63,441 nt of DNA, filler included, from Sphacelaria rigidula (GCA_964200075.2; 5 parts of 5 records of this genome joined end to end with filler, not necessarily neighbours in it); one strand, 5' to 3'. Counted from the first letter of the whole stretch, positions 12,710 to 25,862 are shown. A program made the numbers and translations. The notes: generated by a model not told the origin, from the sequence alone.

Positions 12710-13500
12710 AAACAGTTCGCAAGTCGGGTTGCCCACTTGAGCCTCAATTCAGAGTCAAACCTCAATTCGCACAATTTGCTGTTGTGTCGCTCAAACACGG
12801 TGATAAGCAGCCGAGGGTAACGTCTAAGATGGAGTTCGTTCGGAGAAAGGCCTATGTCGGCATTAACCGAGTTGTTGTAGGACAACATGATGTGCAAGAA
12901 ATGTGTGTCCCAGTCATTTTGGCGGTCATTGATAACCATAGAGAGCATCTGGGCCATGGTGTGATTAACTCTTTCGGTACCACCGTTACCGTTCGGGTGG
13001 TAGGCGCTCGTGGCAATTTTGCGGATGCCCAGAAGCTTATGAAGATCATCGGAGAGGTCCGAGCAAAATTGCTGACCATTGTCTGAAAGTAATCGCTTTG
13101 GACAACCGTAGTGCTTAATGTAATCGTGGACCAGTATGTCGGCCGTTCCGGCGGCAGTGAAATCTGCGGCGGTTACCGCGTACATGGACGCGTGGCGGTC
13201 AAAGTGGTCAGTGAAGAGTAAGATGTAGGTGTTGCCGCGACCTGTGGTCGGTAAAGGGCCAAAGAAGTCAAAGGACACAAGGTGGCCGGGCTCGCCGGGG
13301 AGTCCCATAGAGATGACGGGCCAGCGTACTGTCTGTCGTGAAGTTTATCGAGCTTGGCATATAAAGCATCGCCGAATCCAGAAGCGGGTTGAAATTTCCA
13401 TGCCAACCCACCAGTAGGAGCGTTTCAAGAGCGCAAGGGTGCGGGTGACGCCAAGGTGGCATGGCAAGTCTGTGTGGCAGCCTTACATGACCCAGGGGCG
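12710..13500 (-). pseudogene. Gypsy integrase (HHCC zinc finger + DDE core)
   Basis: HTDLPCHLG...CFIC zinc motif. SFDFFGP, LLSDNGQQF and YHPNGNGGTERVN give D,D35E. In-frame stops present. Confidence 0.95.
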
Positions 13501-14439
13501 CATGAATAATGGAACATATATGCGCGTTGGTTCGTCATTGAGTAGTGGTGCGGTGCGTCCCGTAGTTGAGGCGGCAATTGCGCCTGTCAAATGCGTCGGC
13601 CGACGTACGAGTAGTTGCACACCTTCATCCGTAGTAAAATGGGTGCCTTTCCGCACAAGCTCATATACGTCAGAAAAAACTGGTGATGGCAGTGTGCCAA
13701 CCGGGGTTAGAAGTGTAGACGGAAAAGGGACTGGGCAGTCAAGTTGTAAGTACCGGATGGCTGCGCGACATAGCGGTTCTGCGTGTTGTTCGCGAGCCCA
13801 GTCGCGGTGGGAGTAGCTGGCGAGAAACTCGCGTAGTTGACCTTCCGCTGGCGAGCCGACCAAACATGGTAGGGCAGGCGGCGGGGGAATAGGCTACGAG
13901 GCAGAAATGCTGACGTCAATATCTGTTCCGGGAGCAGGAGACGAGCCGTCAGTTCCGTGCTCGGGGGCAGGAGATGTTTGCGGCGCCGTTATGGGCGGCG
14001 GGGTTGTATCAGTGCGCGGCGAAGATTGTCCACGGCTCGTGGCGCACGATGCAGAAGTTTTTGCGGAGCTTTGCGTTTTGGTCCGTGACACTTGTGCTGG
14101 GTGGCTCATAGAGGTTGCAGGTGTTGTCGGTGGCGGCGGGGGCACTCGGTGTGGTGCGGGCGGCAGACCGGGAGCGCGTGTTGTCGGAGATAAGGTGGGT
14201 GACTGGAGGCGTCTCCGCGAAGAGTTTCGCGCGAGTACCGAAAGTGCGAAAATCGACAAAATCGGAGGTAGTGGGCTTTAACCCACCCAAGACGGCGTCA
14301 TATGGTAGAGGGCAAGGCCCTCCCATATGCATACCGGTTTCCGGGCACTGGAGGTCGAGGGCGTAAACGGGCGTTGAAAGACGTCTAATCGCGTAAATTT
14401 CAGGTTCATCAGGTTCCGTTAAACGGCAAGCCGGGCTGG

Positions 14440-14830
14440 AATCTGCGGCCGTAGGCGGCAGAGGTAGGCGGGAAAGAAGATCAGTGTTCCCGTTGGTTTT
14501 GCCTGGACGGTGCTTAATGGTATACTGGTATGCTGTTAGAAACTTCAACCATCGTTGCACACGAGGGTTGTGTTCACCAACCTTGGCGAGTTGTTCAAGT
14601 GCTCCGTGATCCGTATAGATCTCAAAGGGCACGTGAAACAGATATTGTCGAAGGCGCTTAATAGCCCAAGTGATTACTCCGCCTTCCAGTTCTAGCGGGC
14701 TCCAATTGGCCTCGTTGGGCAGGGTAGCGCGGCTGATATAAAGGATGGGTCGGATAGAGCCATCAACCTGAGGTTGATTCAAAGCTCCTCCAAATCCATT
14801 TGTGCTGGCGTCAGTGTGGAGTTGGAAAAG
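14440..14830 (-). pseudogene. Gypsy RNase H
   Basis: LHTDASTNGFG, ELEGG, YTDHGAL and NGNTDLLSR motifs. Confidence 0.93.
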
Positions 14831-14989
14831 GCGGGAGCCATCTTGTACTGTCTCTCAATCAGGAAAGCAAAGTACGGGCTTTTCGGTAAGCGTCTTGAGT
14901 AATTGGCGGGTGATATTCTCAATGTCGGTGGTGAAAGAATACACGGCTCCTTTCTTGAGTAGCTCAGTAAGGGGGCGAACCCGTTAAGA

Positions 14990-15720
14990 TAAATTCGGCA
15001 AAAAAATGCGATAGTAGGATAGCCCGCCCAACAATGAGCGAAGTTGAGGAATGTTAGCAGTTGGCATCGGCAAATCAGTCATCGCCTTGACTCTGTATCC
15101 GGATGCAGGCCTGCTGGCGAAATGGAATGCCCCAAGAAATGGAAATAATTCGCACCAAGGCGAGCTTTGGATGAAGACAGTTTCAAATCGTGCGTGCGTA
15201 GGCGAGAGAGAAATTCTCGTAGAGTGCGTATATGTGCAATAGGTGAGACATCGAAAGCGATAGCGTCATCCAGGTACATGATGATGTGCTCGAGGCCCTC
15301 GGTGACGCGTTGCATTAAGCGTTGAAAGCATCCCGGGAAAGTGGCGGCGCCTTGTGGCATTCAAAGCCACTCATAGAGCCCGGACGAGGTACAAAAAGCC
15401 GTCAGTGGGACTGTGTCAGGGTGTATAGCATTCTGAAAAAATCCAGAAGCGAGGTCGAAGGTGCTGAATATTTTCCCTTCGCCTAAGGAGTCGAAAACTT
15501 CATCAATGCGGAGAATTGGAAGTTTACCGACTACAGTGACACGGTTCAACCGTTAATAGTTCACGGTTATGCGTATGTTTCCATCCTTTTGGGGGACGAC
15601 CACAAGGGGCGAGGCCCGAGGAGGGGAGGAATGTTGTATTAGTCCCGCTCCCAGATACGCATCCAAGATGGCGTTAACTTCCTTGGAAAGAATCGGGTTT
15701 GTTCGGTATGGCCGAGAAGA
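14990..15720 (-). pseudogene. Gypsy reverse transcriptase
   Basis: SPLVVVPQKDG, FSTFDLASGFFQ, MPQG, IMYLDD and FLGH, broken by stops and frameshifts. Confidence 0.95.
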
Positions 15721-16529
15721 AATCCGCGAGACACCGGGTTGAAGGGTAACCTCGAAAGGCAGTGTTTTGCAATGCCCAAGATCCGTGTTGGATCGGGAAA
15801 ATCGGTATTGGTACTGTAGCAGGACATTACTGAGTTTTTGGATGACTGCCGGTTCCCAGCCGGGCCCATGAAGGTCAAAATTGATGTCGCGCATGTGTGG
15901 CGGTAGTTGGTTCCACATGTGCAAGAAACTATTCCGAAAATCTGGTGATGAGCGTTGAAGCACGTCAGCAGGAGGATCGGAATTTGACTGGCCAGGATCC
16001 ACGGTATGGACCTGGGGTGGGGTCGCAGAGGCGAGGTCGAAATAGGATTCATCGACGCAATGTACTGACTCCGCCGGAGATGTGTCGTTTGACGCGGCAG
16101 GCTCTGTGACGCACGTCTCGAGTGGGATGTGCATCAGGGGAGCAGCGACGATCCCTAAAATATCGCCGGGTTCTAAGTTAGCATGGCCCGTAAGAGGGAG
16201 GAGTTGTTGTCCCGCCGACACAAAATGTTCTGTGTCGGCTGGTGCGCCTATACGGGGTAACATTTCCGCAAGATAATGGCCCGTAAGTGCTAGCATGCCA
16301 TTTCGGCGAACTAGTGCAACTTCAAGAAGTTGGGGGTCGTCGGAGAGTGTAATACCCACGCTACCGTTATATCGTAGGTGGTAAGCAGCTCCGGTTGCTT
16401 GAGGATTCTTCTGATAAGCCAGGGCGCCATGTAGAGTGCCGAAGTGCTCGAGGTTGAATTCTCCACGCGGCGGGAAATGTGGCGTTAGTGGTGGAATCGT
16501 GCGGTAGGTGCGTTTATGAAACCACATAT

Positions 16530-16880
16530 AGCTATCTCTCCCCAATAATATGGCGTGATGCATTGTGCTGTCGGGGACAATGTATGCCCAGACTGCCAGG
16601 CTGGCAGATCGAGTGGTGTTGTGGAAAAATTGCACTCTGAGTCGTACGGATTTACGTGTCGTCAGTGGTGCGGCAGGATCACCAAAACCGCCCCACACGC
16701 GAGGTTTGGTGGTGGTTTCGCAAGCTGCAGTAGTAGCGCCAGTCTGTGTCATGTGTTTCCATATTGATTCTCGAATAAATGTTTGCGGGCTGCCGCTGTC
16801 CAACAAGGATATGCATTTCGTAGGCGTGATAGCCTTTGGACCGGAATGGATCGCAACGCGAGTAGTGAAAGTGACCGGAT
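16530..16880 (-). pseudogene. Retroviral-type aspartic protease
   Basis: CISLLDSGSPQTFI catalytic motif and downstream ILLGRD, within ORF 15553..17559. Confidence 0.9.
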
Positions 16881-18075
16881 TTACAGACACTTTACCGCCG
16901 ACAAGATCCGGATCGTGTTCCGACAAGGTAAACTGGTCAGGATCAGCGGGGCTGACAGCAAAAACGCACGGCGGATAATCCGCCGGTGGGTCAGATGTCT
17001 CACCAGAGAAGGGGGTGGGCGGTATATAATTTCCAGGTGTGGCACGGTCAGAGTGACCATCGGCGATTTCGTAAATGATCGTCTTTGGTTGGCAGAGATC
17101 ACCGTCCGAGAGGAATTCAGAATGTGCGGGGATGGAGTCGTCGATTGAAGAAGTAGTGCCATCAAAATTATTTGATTTTGTTTCTTCCGGGATACTTAAT
17201 AGAGCCATCGAGCTCAAAGTCGTCGCATTTTGGAGAGATTGAGGTCGAGGATTTCCGCTCGAAAGAGGTGTACGTAATGATGCGCGCGCGTCCTTGGGGG
17301 CATGTTTACGGAGCTTTCTCTTTCGCCGTGACAAAGGTCGGGAAACTTTCAAAACATTTGGGAATGAAACCAAAACTGCGTCCAGTTGCGTGGATGGGGT
17401 CAGCATCGGGGCATGACGGAGCGAAACTTGTGGGCTGCTTTCCGTCGGCACGCTTGGCTGTTGGGGCATAGCCGAAGATATGTTGGGGCGGTTGTTAGTA
17501 AAACCGGCCGAAGGTAGGTCCGTGCGTGTTGAAAATCGCGGGGAAGGAGCTCGATTCAACTAACTGGGGATTACATGATCCGATGTGGTCAAGTTCAAAT
17601 CAACAACACTTGGGTCAGCTGAAAAAGGCTTGCTACTACCTGTGCGTGCGGTCGATGAGGGAAGCCTTTGCCTCAGGTACTGGCGGTTGGTCTTCCCACA
17701 CCTCAGACTTACACTCGGCACTGAAGGACCAAGTTCAAAGCCGCGTGTAGGTCTGAGTCGCGGGGTGACATAACTGTTTCGCGGTGTGTGAAGGGGTGAA
17801 GACGGGTGTCGATATGAACGGCCGTCAGTTGCACTCTTGCATAGTGCCGAGAGAGCCAGGTTGATAATCTTGGTCGCGGGCTCTGCGGGCTGTGTTGAAA
17901 ATTGTGTGGAGGTTTGAGACGGGGGTCGATTTGAACGGCCGTCAGTTACGCTCCTGGATAGTGCCGGGGGAGTCGAGTGAGCAATTTTAGACACGGACTC
18001 CGCGGGCTGTGTTAAGAAGGTCTTCGCTCGCGCTACCGGCGGTATGGAAGACCGAAGAACGCCGGCGTGGGCACG

Positions 18076-21000
18076 TCATGGATCTAAGCGATCCGTAGTG
18101 AAGGTGCCAGGGTTTCTGGTGTTGAGATTAGAGCTTTTTGTCGGTCCCGTCCGCTGGTGTCTTTCAGCGGAACGTTTGTTGTCGCGATAATTTTGATCGT
18201 TCTGGCGAGGGCTTCCGTGATTTTTATTGTGTCGGCGACCGCGATTAGAGTTTTTGTTGCCACGTTGGTTCGAATTGTTGCGGTAATTTCGATTTAGTGG
18301 ACGATAGTCGCGCATTTGTTTTTGCCATCGGCGCCACGCGGGTTCATTGTCCTGCAATTCAGGGTTCATGAAATCAAAGGCATTGGTGCATGGACTGTCG
18401 CAGTCGCACATGCTGTGGCCTTGAACGCTACAGTTGATGCAACTGTTGGCATGACTGCTGAAGGCATTGCGTATAGCGGAAGACGAAAGAAGTGAGTTCC
18501 ACAAATAGGGTCATCGATTATGAATACCGTTGTTGAAGTCAAATAAACAGCATCCCAAGTTTCCTCGGAAAACGGCCAACCATCAAACCTTGCGTTAAAT
18601 ACATCTCTGGTACCCTGAACGTGCATAACTGAACCGGCGACTGAGTCGGGGGTCCATGAAGCGCGAGACGAGCTCGAATTCCTGCCGCAAGCCCCTTGGG
18701 CATGAGCAGAGGACACAACCGTAGGTAGTTAACGCACAGACGTTGAAGGTTTACCACGTATGACAGGCGTTAGATTACCCTCTTGGTGAACAAAAGCAGA
18801 CCACATATAGTATCAACGGAGGCGTAAGGCACCTCGCGATGCGCCAAGACATCCGGAAACAACGCCGGCATCAGAGCCGGATACTGTTGAGCAACGCTAG
18901 TGCGAACATAAGTCTGACACATTGCGTCGCTCGGTCTGTTCTGGCGCCCGACACCCGTCGTACCCGAAACCAAAAGCTTATATTCGCGGAGAATATCCGT
19001 AAAGGGGACATCAGAGGGGACATCAGAGGGGACAACAAAAGAACTCAGCCTCTGGATGACACTGGCCCAGTCACGTTTATCGAAGTAACCGATCAGACGC
19101 CTCTCCAAATCAGAGAGTAATACCGGGCCTGTCTTCCCCTTGGCACGGTCCGGGTCCATCTCGGCGAGGAAGCCGTCGAGAATCTGCTTTAAAGAAGCAG
19201 CGAGGTCGGGAGAGCGGCGGCTGATCGATCGATGCATTGCTTTGTGCAAGGGAGTCTGCCAGCCCTCTACCCAGTCGGAATCTTCGGAACGTTGTGTGCC
19301 AGTCACATCCGCCAAGTGAAGAATGTTACAAACAGTACGGCGGATGGACGTGATAAGGGCAGAAGTAAACTGGCCCGAATCTTCGTTATCCGCAGCAGAC
19401 ATGGTTCTGACGTGCCAGAGTTTTTTCACATCCATCTGAATACACTGTCTCTGTATTGCAGCTACTCGGGCAGACTCAGCTCTATGGGAAGCTGCTTTTT
19501 TGCTAGCTTCGGAACGTTCTTTGTCAGCCGCAGCGGTTGCTAAGGCGCGGGCTGCAGTAGAAGACAAAGGACGGCCAGGTGTGTCCGTATCGAATAAACC
19601 TAAAATGCGGGCCGAAACATCAGCCAAGTTAGGAATCACTTGCCTGGGGGTCGCCGAACCCGAGGCGGGAAGGTCTGTGTCAGACCGGATCCATCCAGTT
19701 GCGGATGACCCGGAAGAGTTACCTCCGGGGTTCTTGTGGTGCGGTTTGCGCGGCGGGCGGTTTGGTCCGGAACCGCCCGGAGAGGATCCCGCACCGCCAT
19801 GGCGGCGGCGTGGATTTCCTCCATCGTTGTAGTCGTCGTCGCGCCTGTCGTTCTTCTTCTGATCCGGCAATGGGATGTCGCAGGAGTCCACCCATCTTCA
19901 TCTTCGTCTCCGTCGATCGTGGCGCCGGGATGAGTGTTGCAGGCGGCGCGAAGCGCCGCAAAAAGTTGGATGACCGCGGCAACGTAAGTTTGGTGGTCCT
20001 GGTGATTGCCAATGGTTGTCTGTAGAACCAGTTGGCCCAAGGTGAGCACCGGGACGCCCTCTTTGGGGATGAAGCCGTTCTGGTCGACGTAAACCCCCAT
20101 AGCATAGAACATTCGTTGTGAGATCAGGGCCCATGCGTCGCGGGAACAGTGAAGCTAATTTCGGCGTTTGAAAGGACCGGTATAGGTGGTCACGGGACGA
20201 GAAAGTCATTCACGTTCGTGGGACACGAGTTGCAAGTCTTGCGCAGAAACCGCGGTCGTCACCGAGCTAACTCCATGCGGTGGCAGTGTCAGAGGCGTCG
20301 TGGGGGCGGCAGCGGCCGCAGCAGACGACGTCCTGTCGGACTTCCGTGGAATGACGTAGGTCGATCTGTTGGGCGTTGACAGGCGAGTTCTGAGCAAGTG
20401 ATTGGCGGAAGGCGGAGAGGCTTGATGGTCGGATAAGCGCGCCACCGTCGAGTCCGCTGCTTAAGCCGTCCGCCGAACATGATCTTTGAGCTCGCGGACC
20501 CGTCTCTGGGCCGCCATGGCTGCAGCACGGCCCTCCTGCAGCGCTCGTTGCGCCGCCGTGCTCGTGGATTGGGCATGGGAGGCCGACCACTGAGGATCCT
20601 TGAGCGTTTCTGCGTGATCCTCCAGAAGGAGGCGGGCAGCGGCGGCATCAGCGTCACGTTGCTGATCAAGGATGTCTTGTGCTAATGCAGGCGCCTGTGA
20701 TGCATAGTCATCAATTAGCTGCAGCTGTTCCGCACGGGGTCGGTTTGTGAACAGCCCTAAAAGTAGGCCGGTCGGGCAGCGCTCGTCGCCGAGCGGACGG
20801 AGAACCTCCACGGATGGGGGCGAGCGCACGGGGGCAGCGGTGGAACTGCTATCGACGTCCGTGTTAACGGCAGACGGAGCGGTGGCGGTTTTAAGCGCCG
20901 TCGCGGGGGCGGCTGAAGGCGCAGCGGCCACAGTAGCGGCAGCAGTAGCTGCAGGAGCGCGAGTGGGCTTCGTGGTGACTATAGCGGCGGCGGCAGCGGA

Positions 21001-22469
21001 TGTTGAAGTGTCCATGGTTGACAGTTGTTGCTCAAGTTCCGTGAAGCGTTCATATAGAGCGGGACGGTGGTTCGCGGTCAGTGCGTGGTCGTCGGTTTTG
21101 CGATGAGGTACGGCCGGACCTATCAACTGGGAAGTCCAGAGCCGGTGACATGTCTGAAAATTTGTTTTGGATATCATCAGCATGTACAGTGTTAGCATTG
21201 CGTACATGACGGCGGCGTGACAGATGCGGAGCAGGAGAGGTGCGCGAGGGTGCATGATCGGTGTTTTTCGAGCGCGAGTGAACGCGCGAAGAACTTGATC
21301 TGTGCCGCAGGGCATCCTCGTGAGTGCGTTCACGGTTAGCATTCACCGGGCGCTTTTAAGCTCGCGATGAATTGGAACTGTGACGTGAATAACCGTAATA
21401 AGTGTAACCATGAGTGACGTTCTTCGGGCGTGTAGAAACGCGCGATGAATTCAAGCTTTGCTGGAAGTTGCCCTTAGAACTGCCAGAACGGGAGACGTGG
21501 TCGTTACCAAGTCTCGGTGTGCGGCGCCGGTCAGAAGTGCGAGTAAGACTCTGGTGTGACGTCGAGGAAGGGCTGGACTCATGTTCGTGAAATTTTTCAT
21601 GAGTGACGAACGGAGAGCGCGATGTCGCCGAACGGGGTGCCAGACGTACGGGTCTGGGCGTGGCAGGTGCAGAATCATCATTGAATTGCACATGAGTAGA
21701 CGCCGATTGATTTTGGAGCGTGGCGTGGCAAAAAGCCGAAAATGCCTCGATGAGAGCTGGCGCTGGCGAGGGCGACGACGCCGATGAGGTGCGATGCAGA
21801 ATTTGCATGGCAGCATTCATGGCCGCAACTGCCGGTCCGACATTGGACTACGCAGCAGGGCGCACGGGACTATCGAGAGTCGTGTGAAGGGGGTCCGTAA
21901 CGGAAGCAGCCCGTGCGACAAAGTCTCCTGCTCCAGAACCGATACGCTTCGTCGGGACAGAACCGTCTCGAGAGTTGTCAGCCGTCAAGCGACGGGGTGC
22001 CACGGTTGAAGCAACCGTTACAGGGCCAAGCTGGACACGTGGGTCCAGGGGCAACGACTCAGCTGGGGGCACAATCCTGACTTCGGATTCCACATTGGGA
22101 TTCGGAAGAACAGAACGCAGCGAGGGGGGTTGCAACGGAATCCACCGTTATGGGCTCACTGACATGTCCGTCAGGAACCAATGACTCAGCCGGTTGCACT
22201 ACCTTGTTCTCTGAGTCCGAGTCGGAATGTGAGAGAACAGGTCTCGGCGTCAAAGTCTTGTCTTCAAGCCTTGAAGAATGAGCACTGCTCGAAAGTTGGT
22301 CTTCAAATCCCGAAGATCGAACAGCGCTCGCATACGTGCGGCGATGAGTTGAACGTGACGTGACACTCATCTTAAAAGATGTCGAACCGCCAGTAGTTTG
22401 ACTCCGGGTCCGACGAAGCGATTGGTTTCTCAATTGGGAGGAAGAGCCAGCGTTATTTCTGTGCGACAT
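18076..22469 (-). pseudogene. Very long gag-like region ending in a CCHC zinc knuckle
   Basis: CINCSVQGHSMCDC (CX2CX4HX4C) at ~18400-18441. A chain of frameshifted ORFs runs up to an ATG (MSHRNNAG) at 22469. Confidence 0.75.
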
Positions 22470-22488
22470 GATAATCGTACGCAACCTT

Positions 22489-22740
22489 TATGCGACACTT
22501 TGTACGATAGCCCCCCTCCAAAAGTGCATGGTCTCGGGAGGCAAAATCTTCATGTGAATCGGAATGGGAAAAGCCGAGCACAACGAGAAGCTGGCAGTTC
22601 CCACGTTTGGGTTCGTTCTAGCCAATGTCACCAATATGAGCCCCTTCATGCAGCCTGAACCTCAGGCGCTGTATGGCCATTGTTTTCGTGACACTTCTAG
22701 CTGGTTTTGGAGGGAGGCCATCGTAGAAAGTGTCGTGCTT
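22489..22740. mobile_element. MITE with ~33-bp TIRs (PIF/Harbinger-like)
   Basis: 5' GCGACACTTTGTACGATAGCCCCCCTCCAAAA and 3' TTTTGGAGGGAGGCCATCGTAGAAAGTGTCGTGC. Homologous copy at 33487-33715. Confidence 0.85.
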
Positions 22741-22921
22741 CAAAAGGATAGGGCAGTGTGTCTGGTCTGCAGGCTCCAATCAAAGGAGCGTGACACCAAG
22801 AGATGCTACGTGCAAAAGCCGAAGCTTGTACCCGGAAGCTCGGGATAATGAAGCCTAATAGCGCCTGAGGGGACCGTGGGACCTGATTTACTTGAATAAA
22901 TTATTCAAGCGAATTGCTGCA

Positions 22922-24430
22922 TGTAACAACTATGTCCGCGGTCTGGTCAATACAACTTTATTTGAGTTGTTGCGGTAATATCTATCAACGGAGCTTGGGA
23001 TTGTGCACAGAACAGACGTATGTCGTCGAAGAAAAGCAAAGACCCGATTGTCTGCAGCGGCGTTGGTACGTGAAAGTCGTACAACTTGCACGTGTTCCGG
23101 GTGTGGCGTCACGGGCAGACTATAACTGTATTATCCCGGCACAAGCTGAGGGACGACTGGCGGTGTGCAACGAAAATAATTATTTTTTCAGATGAGCACG
23201 AAAATTTTGCAGCGTGAGGCAGCACAAAAGCTTTTACAAAGCTTGGGATGTAGGCCGCGAAATCTGACTGCGTAGTGTAGGGCGAAGGCTTGTTACACAA
23301 CGGAGTTGAGGCAACGTATGTATGTGGAACAAAGGTGACGTGGTGCACAACAGCGGCAACGCTGAGAGCGGGTGCCGAAAAATTGTAGTGCACAGGCAAG
23401 GGGCACTGGTTTAGAGTGCTGTCCGTTCAAATGAGCACGTAACGTAGGTTTGGAATGTTTCAACGAGTATTATTGCAACGAAACCGTCTCGGAACAATAC
23501 ATTGGATGGGTCAAGGGAGAAAAAAACTCACATTTCGTTGTGCTGTGTATTGTTACTTACCACGGTGGTGTATCGCGTTGCTCTACGGTTGTGCGAAGTA
23601 CAGAAGAGGACAACTACAACAAAGTAGCCACAAGCAACGAAGCTAAAGCTACAACAACAACAAAGTAGCTACAAGCAACGAAGTTAAAGTGCCGGAACGG
23701 GTTCAAATCTCGTGTACAGGTGTCCGTGGTCACTGTGTGGGAGCACGGGTTGTACTTGTTCAGTAGTTTTGTGAAGGAAAGATACAACGGTCGCGTACAA
23801 TCGATACTGAAAATTAAGAGCAGCAGAGTGCTGACTTGGTAGGAAGCTCAGGTCAGGGACAGCGGCTGACTATGAACAACAGTGCGCCTTGTGCACTGGT
23901 GTCCTGTACAAACCTGTAGTAGAAGACTTCTCCTGGCAGAAGGAAAGGGGGCAACAAGACCAAATACGCCAGCCAACGATGGCTTGGCGCGTGATCGTGC
24001 CTGGACTGCTGCCGAGATAGCCCCCCCCATACTGGCCAAAACCGTGCCCGGAGGCGATGATCATAAACGCCGTTAGAGCTGGTTTCGTGCTGCACGACGC
24101 GACTCATTTGGGCGTTGTAGCTGATTTCGGACTGCAACACGCCTCTCATGTGTGCGAAATTGCTGGAAACAAGCCCAATGGTGAAATCGCAGCCGGTTTG
24201 TCGGATGGTCTCCGGTGCACTTTTTGCGATAGGGCTACCTCGGCATTAGTCCCTGACTGAATCATCAAGAGATTTACGTCGTGCAGTCGGAACGTATACC
24301 GTGCGACATTGAGCAGGTGTATGTCCAAAATGACAGCAAGGCAAGAAAAGCAAGCGGTATGCGTTGACCTCACGTAGCACAAGATGTGCAGTCAAGCGCT
24401 GCAGCAAGTCGCAAGAAGCAGGGCACGAAT
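22922..24430 (-). repeat. Probable 5' LTR of the Gypsy element
   Basis: Minus strand ends ...TGTTACA at 22922 with AATAAA ~35 nt upstream. Non-coding. Far boundary unresolved because it abuts a hAT end. Confidence 0.55.
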
Positions 24431-25318
24431 CAGTGTTGCACAATAAATATCGATAATCGATATGATTTCGATAAATATCGGCGATATGCCATTTTGGTAT
24501 CGGAGCGTAGAAAAACGATAAATGTGATAGTTGTCAATATTGAACATCAATATCGAATATCGATATTCTCGATATGTGTTTTTTTTTATTTTTCGTCACA
24601 TTAGCTCAATTTCTCGAAATCGTCGTCACAGTAAACGCAGGGGGGGCGGTATTTCCCGAACGGCAGATCACCAGTCGACAACCCTGGCAGCCCCCCATCC
24701 CTCACTCCACAAGCTCCCCTTCACACACACAACACACAACACATAGTAGAAAACAGCCGTGCTTCGGGATATGAGGAGATGGTACTGTCGCTTCGCCTTT
24801 CCTCCATGTTTGACGAGTGCTGGATTTATTTTCCCCTCTATCCATTACTTTTGAGATTTTGATTTTTGCAAGCTCAGTGGTTTCTTTCTCTTGGTTGGTG
24901 ACACACGAAAATATATATTTTGGCATCCAAAAATTAAAACTTGATGCATGCTGCCGACGTTTCCTGTTATTGGTGGTGAAAAACGTTGAAAAAGGAGAGC
25001 TCGCATTTGAGTTGGCGCATGTTCGTATTGACACCTTTTCCTTTTCTAATAAATGAGCAGAGCCGAGGTATGCGCTCATTCGATCGAAACACACGGAATG
25101 GTGACTGTAGAAATGAAGTATAACCAATACCACACCCGGCCCGCTGTGATCAACTATAATACATCTTGCACGATGACGAAAGATATTTGCAAGACAGCTG
25201 TATCACCGCATGCCGCCGCTGCTATGATGTCAATTTGCACACTACCCGCTGCTGTACATCATGTGTCCACTGCTGTCCACTGGAAACTACCGTAGGTTCC
25301 TTGAGATACCACACCCTG
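24431..25318 (+). mobile_element. hAT-like DNA transposon 5' end with decayed BED zinc finger
   Basis: Starts CAGTGTTG, followed by clustered ATCGATA/TATCG subterminal repeats. ORF 25053 MSRAEVCAHSIE...MKYNQYH...YNTSCTMTKD resembles BED (S.VW.HF..C..C..TS.M.KH) with Cys>Tyr changes. Confidence 0.6.
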
Positions 25319-25418
25319 NNNNNNNNNNNNNNNNNNNNNNNNNNNNNNNNNNNNNNNNNNNNTTAATTAATTAANNNNNNNNNNNNNNNNNNNNNNNNNN
25401 NNNNNNNNNNNNNNNNNN
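25319..25418. other. Artificial contig spacer
   Basis: N44-TTAATTAATTAA-N44. Confidence 0.99.
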
Positions 25419-25862
25419 GGTCTTACGACTATGGCATGCATGATCACGAGTACATCCCCCTCGATGTGTTATGACTACGTCATGCAAGATGATGAGTACA
25501 CCCCCCTCGAGCGTAAATAAATAAATAAAGCTTCGTCTCGAAAGGGACGCGTGGTCAATTGCCAAACGACGAAGGCAAGCAACAAATGAGTACTCGCCTG
25601 CCCCTTGATGCCAGAAAATGAGGCAAGTCATTGTGAACTGTCATCGATGTTCAACAGAGCCAGTACGCCTCGGGCCAAACAACCTTGGGAGGATGTAGCT
25701 TACCCTTCATGCGACGCGCCGAACTCATCACGGTGCGCCCCGCTTGGTGACTGATTGCGAGCCTGGTCCCGTAAAATCCCAGCGTGCTCCGTCCCAGTTT
25801 TGTAGGGATGCTAGGTCAACGATCGTATGACTACGGCATGCAAGGTCATGAGCACACCCCCT
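25419..25862 (+). mobile_element. Head-to-tail cluster of four LINE 3'-end fragments
   Basis: Three ...GCATGCA.GA..ATGAG(T/C)AC+C-run tails and one GCTTCGTCTCGAAAGGG...AAATGAGTAC tail. Homologous to 45520, 47013, 48040 and 53596. Confidence 0.75.

Larger units (their letters stand above)
12710..24430 (-). mobile_element. Ty3/Gypsy LTR retrotransposon, decayed, 3' end cut by contig edge
   Basis: Minus-strand order gag CCHC - PR - RT - RNaseH - IN is diagnostic of Ty3/Gypsy. Probable 5' LTR from 22922. Confidence 0.95.
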
